DNA of 62,901 bases, filler included, from Craspedostauros australis (lineage: Eukaryota): NCBI GenBank assembly GCA_030167865.1. It is 9 parts of 9 records of this genome, joined end to end, with 100 filler letters (N's around TTAATTAATTAA, not from the genome) between each part and the next. Parts side by side here need not be neighbours in the genome. Positions count along the whole stretch, not along the records: positions 1 to 4,026 come from JALAGF010003823.1; positions 4,127 to 16,821 come from JALAGF010003825.1; 7 more parts are not named here. One strand, 5' to 3'. Position numbers and translations under genes: made by a program. This document shows, one piece after another, positions 1 through 10,000 of the stretch (within the stretch, counting starts at the first letter, position 1; each line of letters starts with the position of its first letter). The notes under the pieces were generated by a model. The model did no database searches. It had not been told where the DNA came from and was given only the letters and a program-made list of their open reading frames with translations.

Positions 1-223
1 AAACGTCACGTTTGCCATGCCGCAGTTGCAGATGGCGATGTGTACATGCCTTAGCCAAGCAAGCAAAGGCGCGGTGTTGCGACAGGAGTGTACTTCGAGT
101 AGTGTACCAAATGTAGAGTTGAATACAGTGGAGTGGAGGAGAGTCAGGTCTGGCAATGTGTCCGGTGAATGTATAATAAAATAGAATATTCCACTCCACA
201 GTCCACATCCCATGTTCTCAAGG

Positions 224-1188
224 CTACAATTCGACATGCTTGGGGGAGGCTTGAGATTGCTGTGTTGAAGTTTCGGTGGAAGTTGTAGCTTGATCTTCGC
301 TGCCGCTCTCACTTGCCATTGGAACCTCCTTGGCGTTGTAAACTGGAGACGACAGCGCGTGTTGGGACAAGAAGCTGTGGAGCTTCCGCTTTGTGAATTC
401 TGCGCCGTCGTAGCGGACAAAAGCATCGTTGTTGTTGACAAGATCCACAAGTTCGCCCGGTGGGATCACAATCAACAGCGGCAGCCCATCTTTGGACGAT
501 TGTGAGATGCCGAACTGTTTCATGATCTCTTGGTTGTTCTTCGTTGGTGGCACTTCCGCAATTAGGATGCGACGACGGAACTCGGTTGAAAGAAACTTCG
601 TCATGGGCGCCGTCCGTGGGTGAACAGGATGGCCAGTGGCAAACCGAACTTCTTCGCCTTGGCAATGGCCTTGTCCAGGTCGGACTGACCAAATGTGATG
701 CGCTGGCTGTAGTTCGTCATCTCATTCTCGATGAACTGCTTCATGTCTTTTGCCTTGCGCTCGAAGTTGTAGTCCACAACGGTCTTGTCCGAGTTGCTCT
801 CAGGCTTGCGCTGCTTCTTCTTGGGCTTGAAGAGACGGATGGTGGGCGTTCCCTGGATTTCCCCCAACAAACGCGGTGGAGGACGGCTGCGGTTCCCCTC
901 CGTGTCCCAATAGGCGATCTTGACGATCCCCTTGGCAGCCTTTGCCAGCTGTTCCCACTCAGGAGTGAGACGCTGGCAGTATCCTCATCCTTGTCGACAG
1001 ATGTTCACAAACACCGCATGGGGTGACTCGACCACCTCCTTTCTCCAGTTTTCATGCGTCAATGCGACCACGTTGGACGAGAACGGATTTCCAGCGCTGA
1101 CAGATGTGACAGCAAGTAGGGCCCCAAGGGTCCAGGCTGTTGCTTTGCGCGCCCACAACAGAGCCGGTCGGTTACTGTGGGCCACCAT
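224..1188 (-). CDS. ER protein disulfide isomerase/thioredoxin-family protein, probable selenoprotein (UGYC active site, Sec at codon 68); -1 frame break near 604-621
   Basis: Signal peptide (..WTLGALLAVTSVSA-G). Thioredoxin fold reads VVALTHENWRKEVVESPHAVFVNICRQG-TGA(987-985)-GYCQRLTPEWEQLAKAAKGIVKIAYWD...GTPTIRLF in one frame to 601. The C-terminal part (TKFLSTEFRRRILIAEV...KHVEL, HDEL-like ER retrieval signal) is in the -1 frame, 604-224. Joins track ORFs 985..1188, 601..870 and 224..604. Confidence 0.85.
943..978 (-). promoter_or_regulatory. Stem-loop starting 6 nt 3' of the in-frame UGA (candidate Sec redefinition element)
   Basis: mRNA: UGA GGAUAC UGCCAGC-GU-CUCACU-CCUG-AGUGGG-AACA-GCUGGCA. 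Perfect 7-bp outer stem plus about 8 further pairs, with two single-A bulges and a 4-nt loop. Confidence 0.55.
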
Positions 1189-2947
1189 GGTGGATTTTCA
1201 GTGTCTTTTGCTGCTCTATCCGAATGTGCAGCTTACGTTTTATGCTGATGCTGTTTTGCGAGCTGCGAGTACAATTGTGCGCCTTCGCGAATCGTCGAAA
1301 AGGGGCTCGTTGCAAAGTGCTTGTGACGACTTCGCCATTTGTCGCAGATCTTTGCTTTTTGTTGCTGATGGATTTGGGGGTTGCGGCGGATTATATTTAG
1401 CGAATATTATCTCACGACGACGTCGCGTTGCATGTCACACGACATGTCTCTACTTTTAGTCATGTATAGCATCAGAACCTGATCGAAGAATCTCATGGTC
1501 GTCCTTCATACATCACACTGTGGCTCAACAGGGACTCCATCGCCGTCAATCATGCGGGCGTCGCTGTTGAGTTGTGTTGGTATGAAGCAGACGCGAGCAC
1601 AAGTACAAGTACAAGTCTGAATGCGCTCTCGTGATGGTCACACACGTTGTCACTTTCACACGAATACCAGCAACTAAATCTTGTACAACGGCTGCCCCCG
1701 CACACTCCTGTACCCACGAATTTCACAAGGATTTGTCTCTATGTAGGTCCTAGCTTGCCGCCTCCAAGATCGGCAGATCTCCGAGACGATACCTGTAGGT
1801 TCCGCCTTGGATGTCGGAATGCCGGTGGATTGCTGACCAGTCTCCAACGTCGTGTATGTGATGCGCAATCGGCACAAAACGGCGCAACGCACTGCATACC
1901 GCACATGCCCATGTACACAAACGTGGATGAGATGGCAGCAAGAAATAGTTGGCGATGTTGAAGTCGGAGTGGGCAGGAATGTTGATGCCTTCGTTGATTT
2001 TTGTCAACAGTTCGCTTTCGACTCAAAAATGTGAAGCAACTTGCGTTCATCGAAATCGTCCATGTTCATCTGTTGCTTGCGTTTTGGTGATCAAGTCGTG
2101 AGCGATAGTCCAAGGAACATTCCACAGAGTTCATTCCTTGATTTCTTGTTCCAACTGGCATTCTCGTCGCTTTCAATTGCGCTCTTTTCGAACCAGGCAC
2201 ACCGCTTGGGAGAAGACGGCAACGATGGCGATAGCAACGACGAAGGCGGTAGCCCTGGAGATATCATGCATTCGCTACCTCAATCCATGCACGGCCAGAT
2301 CGTTGCAAATCTGCGCACCTCTCCATGATCCTTCTCATGTGATCTTTTGAGAAGGGAAGAGAGACCATCTGAGTCCCTCGATCATGGATTGTGGATCGTG
2401 CTGGAACCAGGAGGCGGATGGAAGATCCATCTCGGGATCATGGAGTCTTGCTGAGTGAGAAAGACCTGTCCAGAGATCAAACATGAAAACAACCGAATGT
2501 GTACGGGCCTGCGTCGTGCGTCGTGCGTCGTGCGTCGTGCATCACAGTTGTGCCAAACCTAATCGTCATGCTCAACGCAAGTATTACACTTGCCATCAAA
2601 CCCACGAGCACTCGTGCTCGTGCTCATTCATGCTCACACTCGTAGTCGTACTATGTCTGAAGAGAGGATCATCACATTCGGATCTCACAAAAACGCCCAA
2701 GCTCCAAAGTTGAACACAGACCCCAAAAAACAAAGCCAACTGCGATACCGTTCCACCAAGAGATCTATCATATCCATAGTGATTTCATTGCAAAATACTT
2801 CGGACAAACAAACTCACCAACAGAAAGAAAACAAACAAGTATCACATTACATCAAATACACTACACAGCACTACACTGCACTATACAATTTCTAAACAAC
2901 GTGGTTGAACATCCAACTCCAGGAGACAACCAAGACGTTCCACTATC

Positions 2948-4026
2948 ATGATCCAAGGTATCGAAGTCGAGGCTGATCCTCCCGTCGTTTCCAACGAAGA
3001 AATGCCTTACGAAGAGGATGACGACAACAGCAACAAGAACAAGAACGACGACAACAACAACAACGAGAAGATCTGGCAACGTGTGGCACGACGAGTCGCT
3101 CGCAATCCGCGAAGGTACCTTCTCGGGGCTCTCGCCACTTCTCTGGTGCTCTCCGTCGTTGGCATGGTCGCCGGCGAGTTCAGCGTCGGCGCTGACACTG
3201 GTGGATGGCAATCGCGTGGAACCACGATCGCTGATCGCACTGCGCAAGTGCTGCTCGTCGAGATGAACCGAGAGTACATCTACAACGAAGGAGAGGCGGC
3301 ATGGAGCGATCTCATCAACAATGTCCAGCCAGGATATGATGGTGACGACAGCGACGATGACAGTAACGACAACAGCAAGAGGACCAACACCGGAGATGAC
3401 AATAACCGTCGACTGGCATCATCCTTTGGCTCAACTCCGATTTCATCCTTCCTCTCGCAGGCTTCCACCAGCGTTGGTAGCAACGCTCTCAGACATGGCA
3501 ACCACCGCACTCGCACGATGCCCTTCACCATGACAAGCGAGCTTCGCCGTCGCCTCGAGGAGAAAAGCCATCTCATGCCAGGCTGCGACTTCGGATGGTA
3601 CAATTCGGAATCGATGACCAACTCATCCCGCCTCTGGCCCATCTGGGAGGTCAAGAGCTCCAAGTCAGCCCTTGATGCAGATATCATCTACGAACTTTGC
3701 GTCGCTGAGGAGGACACCCAGCGCATTTTGGAGGAGAAAGGCCACTGCTTTGGATGCGATGAAGGATGTCTCCCACCCTTGTCCATCGTGCTCTACGCCC
3801 GACTCGCCTTGACCTCCGACGACGGTCTGTCCATGTCCTGCGCAGCCCTTCGAGATGCATGGGGGCCATACGAGGCCAAGACGAAGCAAGAATGGATCAC
3901 CTGCGTCACCGACTTCGATACCGACTACGACCCAGAAACCAAGACCATCCCCGCATCTTGCCCTGACCATTTCTCCTCCGCCATGGTGAACTTCGACTAC
4001 GACGAGACTGGCGTGGTGTCTTACAC
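2948..4026 (+). CDS. Dispatched/Patched-like (RND/SSD) membrane protein, 3'-truncated by the contig end
   Basis: Open frame to the spacer. N-terminal TM (RRYLLGALATSLVLSVVGMVAG), GWQSRGTTIADR motif and a Cys-rich luminal loop (ELCVAEEDT..CFGCDEGCLPP). The SSD itself is not reached. Confidence 0.55.
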
Positions 4027-4126
4027 NNNNNNNNNNNNNNNNNNNNNNNNNNNNNNNNNNNNNNNNNNNNTTAATTAATTAANNNNNNNNNNNNNNNNNN
4101 NNNNNNNNNNNNNNNNNNNNNNNNNN
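4027..4126. other. Artificial contig spacer N44-TTAATTAATTAA-N44; same spacer at 16822-16921, 28902-29001, 33299-33398, 37762-37861, 47300-47399, 52218-52317, 57136-57235
   Basis: Identical 100-nt linker with stops in all six frames, repeated eight times. Confidence 0.99.
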
Positions 4127-4340
4127 AACGCCAACAACTTCAATTTGTCAAGTTGTGACAACTCGGTGGATCTTATACAAGCTCTAGTCGTACCACAGAT
4201 CATGCTTACACGTAATCTCGAGACGGAGAGATAGATCGAGCGAGAACGGAGATAACCAGAGCCTTGATTTGTCGATATGTGTTGTTTTCGTTTCACACGC
4301 TCCAGAGTAGTTCCAAACCTTCACCCACGCGACGTGTTGA

Positions 4341-6191
4341 TCATTCATCGCTGTCGACGTCTAGGTCGACGCTTCCATACGAGGATTCCACATCGTGTGT
4401 ATTCTCGTATTCCCCGAGGATGGAAGCGTCGATGCCATCGCCCTGATCCGCATGGGACATGCGACTGTAAAGATGAGCGCAGTAGATCGGCAGCGCGCAA
4501 ACCAGCACCAGCATACTATTGACGTATGAATACTTGCCATCCGCGTACGACTCCGTCCACACCGCCAGCGGGTACTGAACCAGAGTGAAGACTGCCGCGG
4601 TTGTGAACACGCAGCCCAACGTCCGCCCCATGGTCTCCACACCGAACGTCATGGCCAGGAACGTGTTCAGCGTAGCGTACAGGTAGGCGCGGAATGCCGT
4701 GAAGAGGACGAAGTTGCCGACCTGCACATTCAGGGATGGGATGCACAGGATCACGCCGAATATCACGCCCAGGCCATTGGCCACGTGGATCATGCCATGG
4801 ATGCCAAGTATGGAAGCCGTCCGTTCGATCCAGGGCACGAAGATGACGCCGCACGGGAGGACCCAGCTGAAGATCTTGGCATACTTGCTGGTGACATCGC
4901 CGTAGTGGAGAAGCAAGTCGTCTACCGTCATGATGAAGAAGTTGCTTCGCATCATGTGCACGCTGGCAAAGATGAGCGCCAATCCGAAGTCGTAGGTCTG
5001 CATCTGCTCCCCGACTGGAAGTCGTTGGATGCCTCGCCGTTCGATCCAGACAACGTGTGGGTCTACTCGTACCCTGCGCACTTTGCCATCGCGGCTCTGC
5101 TTATGTTGTTGTTGTCGGTGCTGGTGCGGCACTTTCTGCGTCTGTTTAGGTTTTCGTTGAATACGTGTCACCACGACGATGTCCTCACTGTGTTGTGCTT
5201 CCGCAATGAGAGGAACAGTCTCTGTTGGAAGCGATGAATTATGCTGCAGTTGCTGACACTGGATGGCGTTTCTATCTTCGTTGTTCTCATCGTCATTCTT
5301 GCCATTATTGGGTTCGCGATGACCAGCTGCCTTGGCAGCGTCAACCGCATTGTGCGATTTCACAAAGCCCTTCCAATCTCGCCGCTCCAGAACGATCCAG
5401 CAAGCGATGAGAGTCGAGTACACCACCAGCGCCCACATTGCGTAGGCGGCGAAGAGGAGACGTCGCTGCACTCCAAACTTTTCCTGAAGGACTTCGAAGA
5501 CGAAGAACACGACGGATGATGCATCGAACAGGCAGCTGCAGGCCGCCAAGAGCAGCGTCTGTGCTTGCAGCAGCAGGAAGGTCGCCGGGAAGGAGCTCAG
5601 CATGGTCATGCAACCACCGATACCCATCAGAGAATATGCCAGCGCGAAGTAGTCGCCCCCAGCGGCACTCCTGTTCGTCGCTGAGGTGGATTGCCCAAAG
5701 CCGTCGGCACCGAGGGTTGCTTCATGATGATCGTTGGATTCGGAGATCGCAAAAAGCAATAGGCCTGTTATTTGAATGACCGCGCAGAGCGATAGCACCG
5801 TGGACTTCGGGAGGCGATCCAAGATGTATCCAACTGGCAACGACGCGAAGGAGAGCCAGAACTGCGCCAGCGTGAACATACCGAACAACGTATTCGTCTG
5901 CTCGGAGCAATCCATCCGACTGGCTCCATCACCCGAGAAAGATGCGGCAGTCGTGCCGTTGTGGATGGCGACGCAAAGCTCCAAATACTGTCCCTCGCGA
6001 AGCAGTATGAGCTCCAACGGCGCCCATCCAAAGATGATTCCCGAGAAGCACACGACGCTCAATTGTCCAAAGATGTTGGTTGCCCAACAGAGCCAGGTAG
6101 GGATGTGCATTGTGCTGGACGGCGTTTGCGTCAGCGATCGTGGTGGTGATGGTGATGGAGCCTGTGGTTTGATTTCTTGTCTGGCTCCCAT
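4341..6191 (-). CDS. MFS transporter, SLC43/LAT3-FMP42-like
   Basis: 616-aa ORF with about 12 hydrophobic segments in two halves around a hydrophilic loop. Motifs SGIIFGWAPL..ILLREGQY..LC, PVGYILDRLP and CLFDASS. Confidence 0.8.
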   Translation of the reverse strand: MGARQEIKPQAPSPSPPRSLTQTPSSTMHIPTWLCWATNIFGQLSVVCFSGIIFGWAPLELILLREGQYLELCVAIHNGTTAASFSGDGASRMDCSEQTNTLFGMFTLAQFWLSFASLPVGYILDRLPKSTVLSLCAVIQITGLLLFAISESNDHHEATLGADGFGQSTSATNRSAAGGDYFALAYSLMGIGGCMTMLSSFPATFLLLQAQTLLLAACSCLFDASSVVFFVFEVLQEKFGVQRRLLFAAYAMWALVVYSTLIACWIVLERRDWKGFVKSHNAVDAAKAAGHREPNNGKNDDENNEDRNAIQCQQLQHNSSLPTETVPLIAEAQHSEDIVVVTRIQRKPKQTQKVPHQHRQQQHKQSRDGKVRRVRVDPHVVWIERRGIQRLPVGEQMQTYDFGLALIFASVHMMRSNFFIMTVDDLLLHYGDVTSKYAKIFSWVLPCGVIFVPWIERTASILGIHGMIHVANGLGVIFGVILCIPSLNVQVGNFVLFTAFRAYLYATLNTFLAMTFGVETMGRTLGCVFTTAAVFTLVQYPLAVWTESYADGKYSYVNSMLVLVCALPIYCAHLYSRMSHADQGDGIDASILGEYENTHDVESSYGSVDLDVDSDE

Positions 6192-7030
6192 TGTTCTTCA
6201 GATAGCGTGCGGTTTGACTAGTCGGTAGATCAGGATGCTGCAAGATCAGCGCAGAGTGGATGGCTTGATGGATGCCTGAATGGAATGGATTGGATTTGAT
6301 GCATGAAATGGTCACATGACGAAGCGGACACCACCGGTCCAAATCCATCACATGGGTTGGGATGAAGGGAGATGAGAGGGAAAGAGAGAAAGGCGCATGA
6401 CCATGGGCATGCCAACGCTGTTGTTGCTGCTGCTTGTGCTCCAGATGGAGGGGACAACGAGAACCATCGTCCATCTGGGTTCTCGTTTGTGGAATGGGGA
6501 AGGAAGTGTTCTCCTTTTCATGTCGATCGGAGAAGAAAGGTGGTTGGGGAGTCGGAAGGCGCGCACAGCGATACACATGAAAGCCAGTCGGCCGATCATT
6601 GGGCACGACTCCAATGAAGCGAAAGTCACAAGATTGTTCCACGATTGGAGTTAGCACATCTCGGAACGAAACAAACGTCCCAACCTGCTGCGCTTCCCCT
6701 TGTTGATGTCTCATCAGTTGCTTTCGTTGCTGACAGTGGTGATGTCGCCATCGTCATTTGTTGGGTGGTGGTGGAGACAACTGGGCACGCACATCATCGA
6801 TGTGTTCTCCGTCAGCCCAAACTCAATCCAACTCGGTCCAACTCGATCCACCTTGGACTCCACCCGCCCGATTTCATCTCACCTTCATCTCCACAATCGC
6901 CTCGACGACCCTTGGCATTGACGTCGACTTCGACTCCAACCGTCTCCGACCTCGTCGGTCAGTGCAACGAGGAGTAGCCGCAAAAGCAGCAGTAGCAGTG
7001 GAAAGAACCGGAGTATAGGAGTTGGCGTTG

Positions 7031-10000
7031 ATGGGCCAGCCCGTATCAACCATCGATCATTCGGAAGAGGCGGTGCACAGCAGCGCACCCAATAGAGTCG
7101 AGACCGCGGCTCATTTCAATTCTTCATCCATATCTTCATCATCATTGGTGCCGCCCGCAACACCAATAGTATCTGCACAGACATCTGCAGAGGCAACCAC
7201 AAAAACTCTCCGCAGTTTGGACATGTCCACAACAGCAGAAGTGACTGCTGCTTCGAACGATACAGCAGAGCAGCCGCAATTGCAATCCAACCAACAATCT
7301 GAACAAATTCAGCACCCAACTCACACCAAAATGGACGCAAACGAAGCAGATATCAACGCTGAACCCGCAGCTGACGACACGGCAGAAATCGAACAACAAG
7401 CAAAGACGGGAGCGATGGAACATGCCGAAGATGTATCGGGGGAATCATCGCTCACCAACGCAGGAATCAATGCAGGAATCAATGCAGGAATCAATGCAGG
7501 AACCAACGCAGGTTCGAGCGATAGTTCCGAGAAGATGACAACAGCCGTGTGGGATGTGACATCAGAAGCCTCGAGGTTGCAGCAACAGCATGCGGAGCTG
7601 CTGCAATCTTTGGTGCTCCGCTATTCGACGTCGTCGCTACACAAGTACATGGATCTTCCTATGATCGCGGTCATGGGGGACACCTCGAGTGGCAAATCGT
7701 CTCTGTTGTCGAGCCTTTCAGGGTTGGAGCTGCCGTCATCATCGACCCTCACCACAAGATGTCCCATCGTCATCCAGCTCATCCAGCAGCCCGCGGATGC
7801 GAAGCGCACAATCAGCTCGATCGAAGCCACAGTCCAAATCGCCTGGCAACCAGCGGCGACATCTGTTTCTGCTTCTGCCTCTGTTTTTCGCCACGAGGAC
7901 AGACCCGCCTCACCCACACATCCATCTCCGGCGCGTGACCGCAAACGCGAGCTGGAGCATCACCATGATAAAGTGGCGCCACCAACCTTCCCGTCGATCC
8001 ATCTCAATGGCCCTGCCGCAGTTTCGCAGGAATTGTCCGGTTCGATTCAGCTCGCTCAGGACTGCATCCTGGAACACCGTTCGCCCGCTCGCATCGCGCC
8101 GGACCAAATCCATGTGACCGTCATTAGCAAAAGCACCAGCACGAGGACATCGACGACGCTCACTCTCGTGGACCTGCCTGGGTTGGTCCAGTTCGATGCC
8201 TCCAAGGACTCCGCGGCTGTTTCGCCTTCTGGATCTGCCGACGGCAAATCTAAACGGCATGTGTACGCAGGATCGTCGCTGCTGGATGCTCCCGCCACAG
8301 AGGAGAAGAAGGTGGAGCAGGACGAACTGAACAGCTCGCAAACTTCGCACAATCAGCAACCACATTTGCGACAGATGCAGCAGAATCAGCAATCATTGCA
8401 GCAGCAGGTGCACGACGTCATGCAGGACTACTGCATGAACCCGAACTGCTTCGTCCTTGCCGTTCTGCCAGCGCCGGTGGATATCCACAACTCCACAGTC
8501 CTGCAGTGGATGCGACAGCCTCACATTGATCCCTCTGGGGAACGCACCATCCCCGTCTTCACCAAGCCAGATCTCATGGATCCTGGAAGCGAGCAGCCCG
8601 TCTTGGATCTGCTTCTCGACCATGCGAGTACCAGTGTCACTAGCTCCGGAGAATCCACCAAGTCGCCGTCGCAGCCTTGGTTCTTGGTCAAGAACCGCGG
8701 CCAAGCAGCGCGGGACAGTTCGTCGTCTGTGTCGCAAGGGTGGGATGCTGAGGACAAATTCTTCGCTCATGACCAATCGCCATGGAAGGCAGTGGCGGCG
8801 GATCAACTGGGCGTTCCCAACCTGCGCCGGTACTTGGTCAACCTGCAGTGGCGACGCACCATGATGATGCTGCCTCCGTTGCTGCAGGAATTGACGCAGC
8901 AGCGCGATGACTGTCAGGTTCAGTTGGATGCGTTGGGGACCTTCTTCACCACCCCGCTGGAACGCCGCCAATGCTACCAGGAGATGATCCAGGAATTTGC
9001 TCATCTGCTGGATGGATCACTGTCCGGTAAAGGTGGACGCTCAAGGTCTCGATTGCTGAGATCGAGACGCAAAGCAAAGCCAGGCAACGATGGCGGTAGT
9101 GGTAGCGGTGGCAGCGGATCTTCGTTTGCTTCAGCGAGTACAAGCTCTGCGAACGGCGCGGTGTCTGAGGCTGCTCATCGAGGTAGTATCTTTGCAAATG
9201 CAGACACAAATGCATGCACAACCAGAAGCGGTGACGGCAGCAGCAGCAATGGCACCGGCACAGGCAAGCAGCATTCGAAGATCCCCATGGCAGCAACACA
9301 ACTGCATCAAGCCATTAACGAATTCCGGTCGTCTGTTCGATCGAGCGCATTGGCGACCATCCAGTCTCTCACTGAGGGCACCCATGTCTGGGTGCGGTCC
9401 CCTTTGCACCCAACGATTGATGTCCGTGGTGAGATCGTGCACATCCATCATGCTGCCAGCAACCGGCACGGTGCCATTGATGGCAGCAGCGATGACGAGG
9501 AGTCGTACGCCTGTGTTGATTTTCTGGATCCACGCGATCATACCACGGACGTGCTGTTCGACGCTGTCGGGTACAACAACCCACCACCGCCACCACCATC
9601 GTACTTGGATCAAGCGTGCGACGAGGAGGCTGGTCAGGAGTCGTACCAAGTGGATGATGTGTGGACAGACGGCATCAAGGTGTACATCGCGAGAGACTAC
9701 AATCGCTTCGATAGCCTGCGGAAGATACCATTGGCGCGGATTCGAACAGATCCGTCGTGGCTCATGGAGAAGCTGCAGATGACGGACGACCTGGCGTGCT
9801 TCATCAACGTGGATCAATTCCGTCACATTGTCGCCGAGTTCGTCCAGTCGGATTGGATCCCCCCGTGCGTGGACCTGATGCAGCAAGTGGAAGGCATCCT
9901 CATGGGTACAGTGGAGGCATGCTGGGATGAGGTGTTTGGTGTTTACAACGATACCGGAAGGACGAGCTCCACTGGGTTGGCTGTGTCGTCGTCATCGTCG

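Noticed and set aside
562..603. Second UGA of the PDI as another Sec codon, or the start of a SECIS (ATGACGAAG...AA)
   Set aside because: Read-through hits TAA 12 codons later with no meaningful sequence, and no helix or 3' GA partner forms.
1647..2350. Short overlapping ORFs between the PDI and the Dispatched-like gene
   Set aside because: Fragmentary on both strands with no recognisable family; possibly decayed coding DNA, but I cannot support a call.
4071..4082. TTAATTAATTAA palindrome recurring eight times
   Set aside because: It always lies in the middle of N-runs of fixed length, so it is an artificial six-frame-stop linker.
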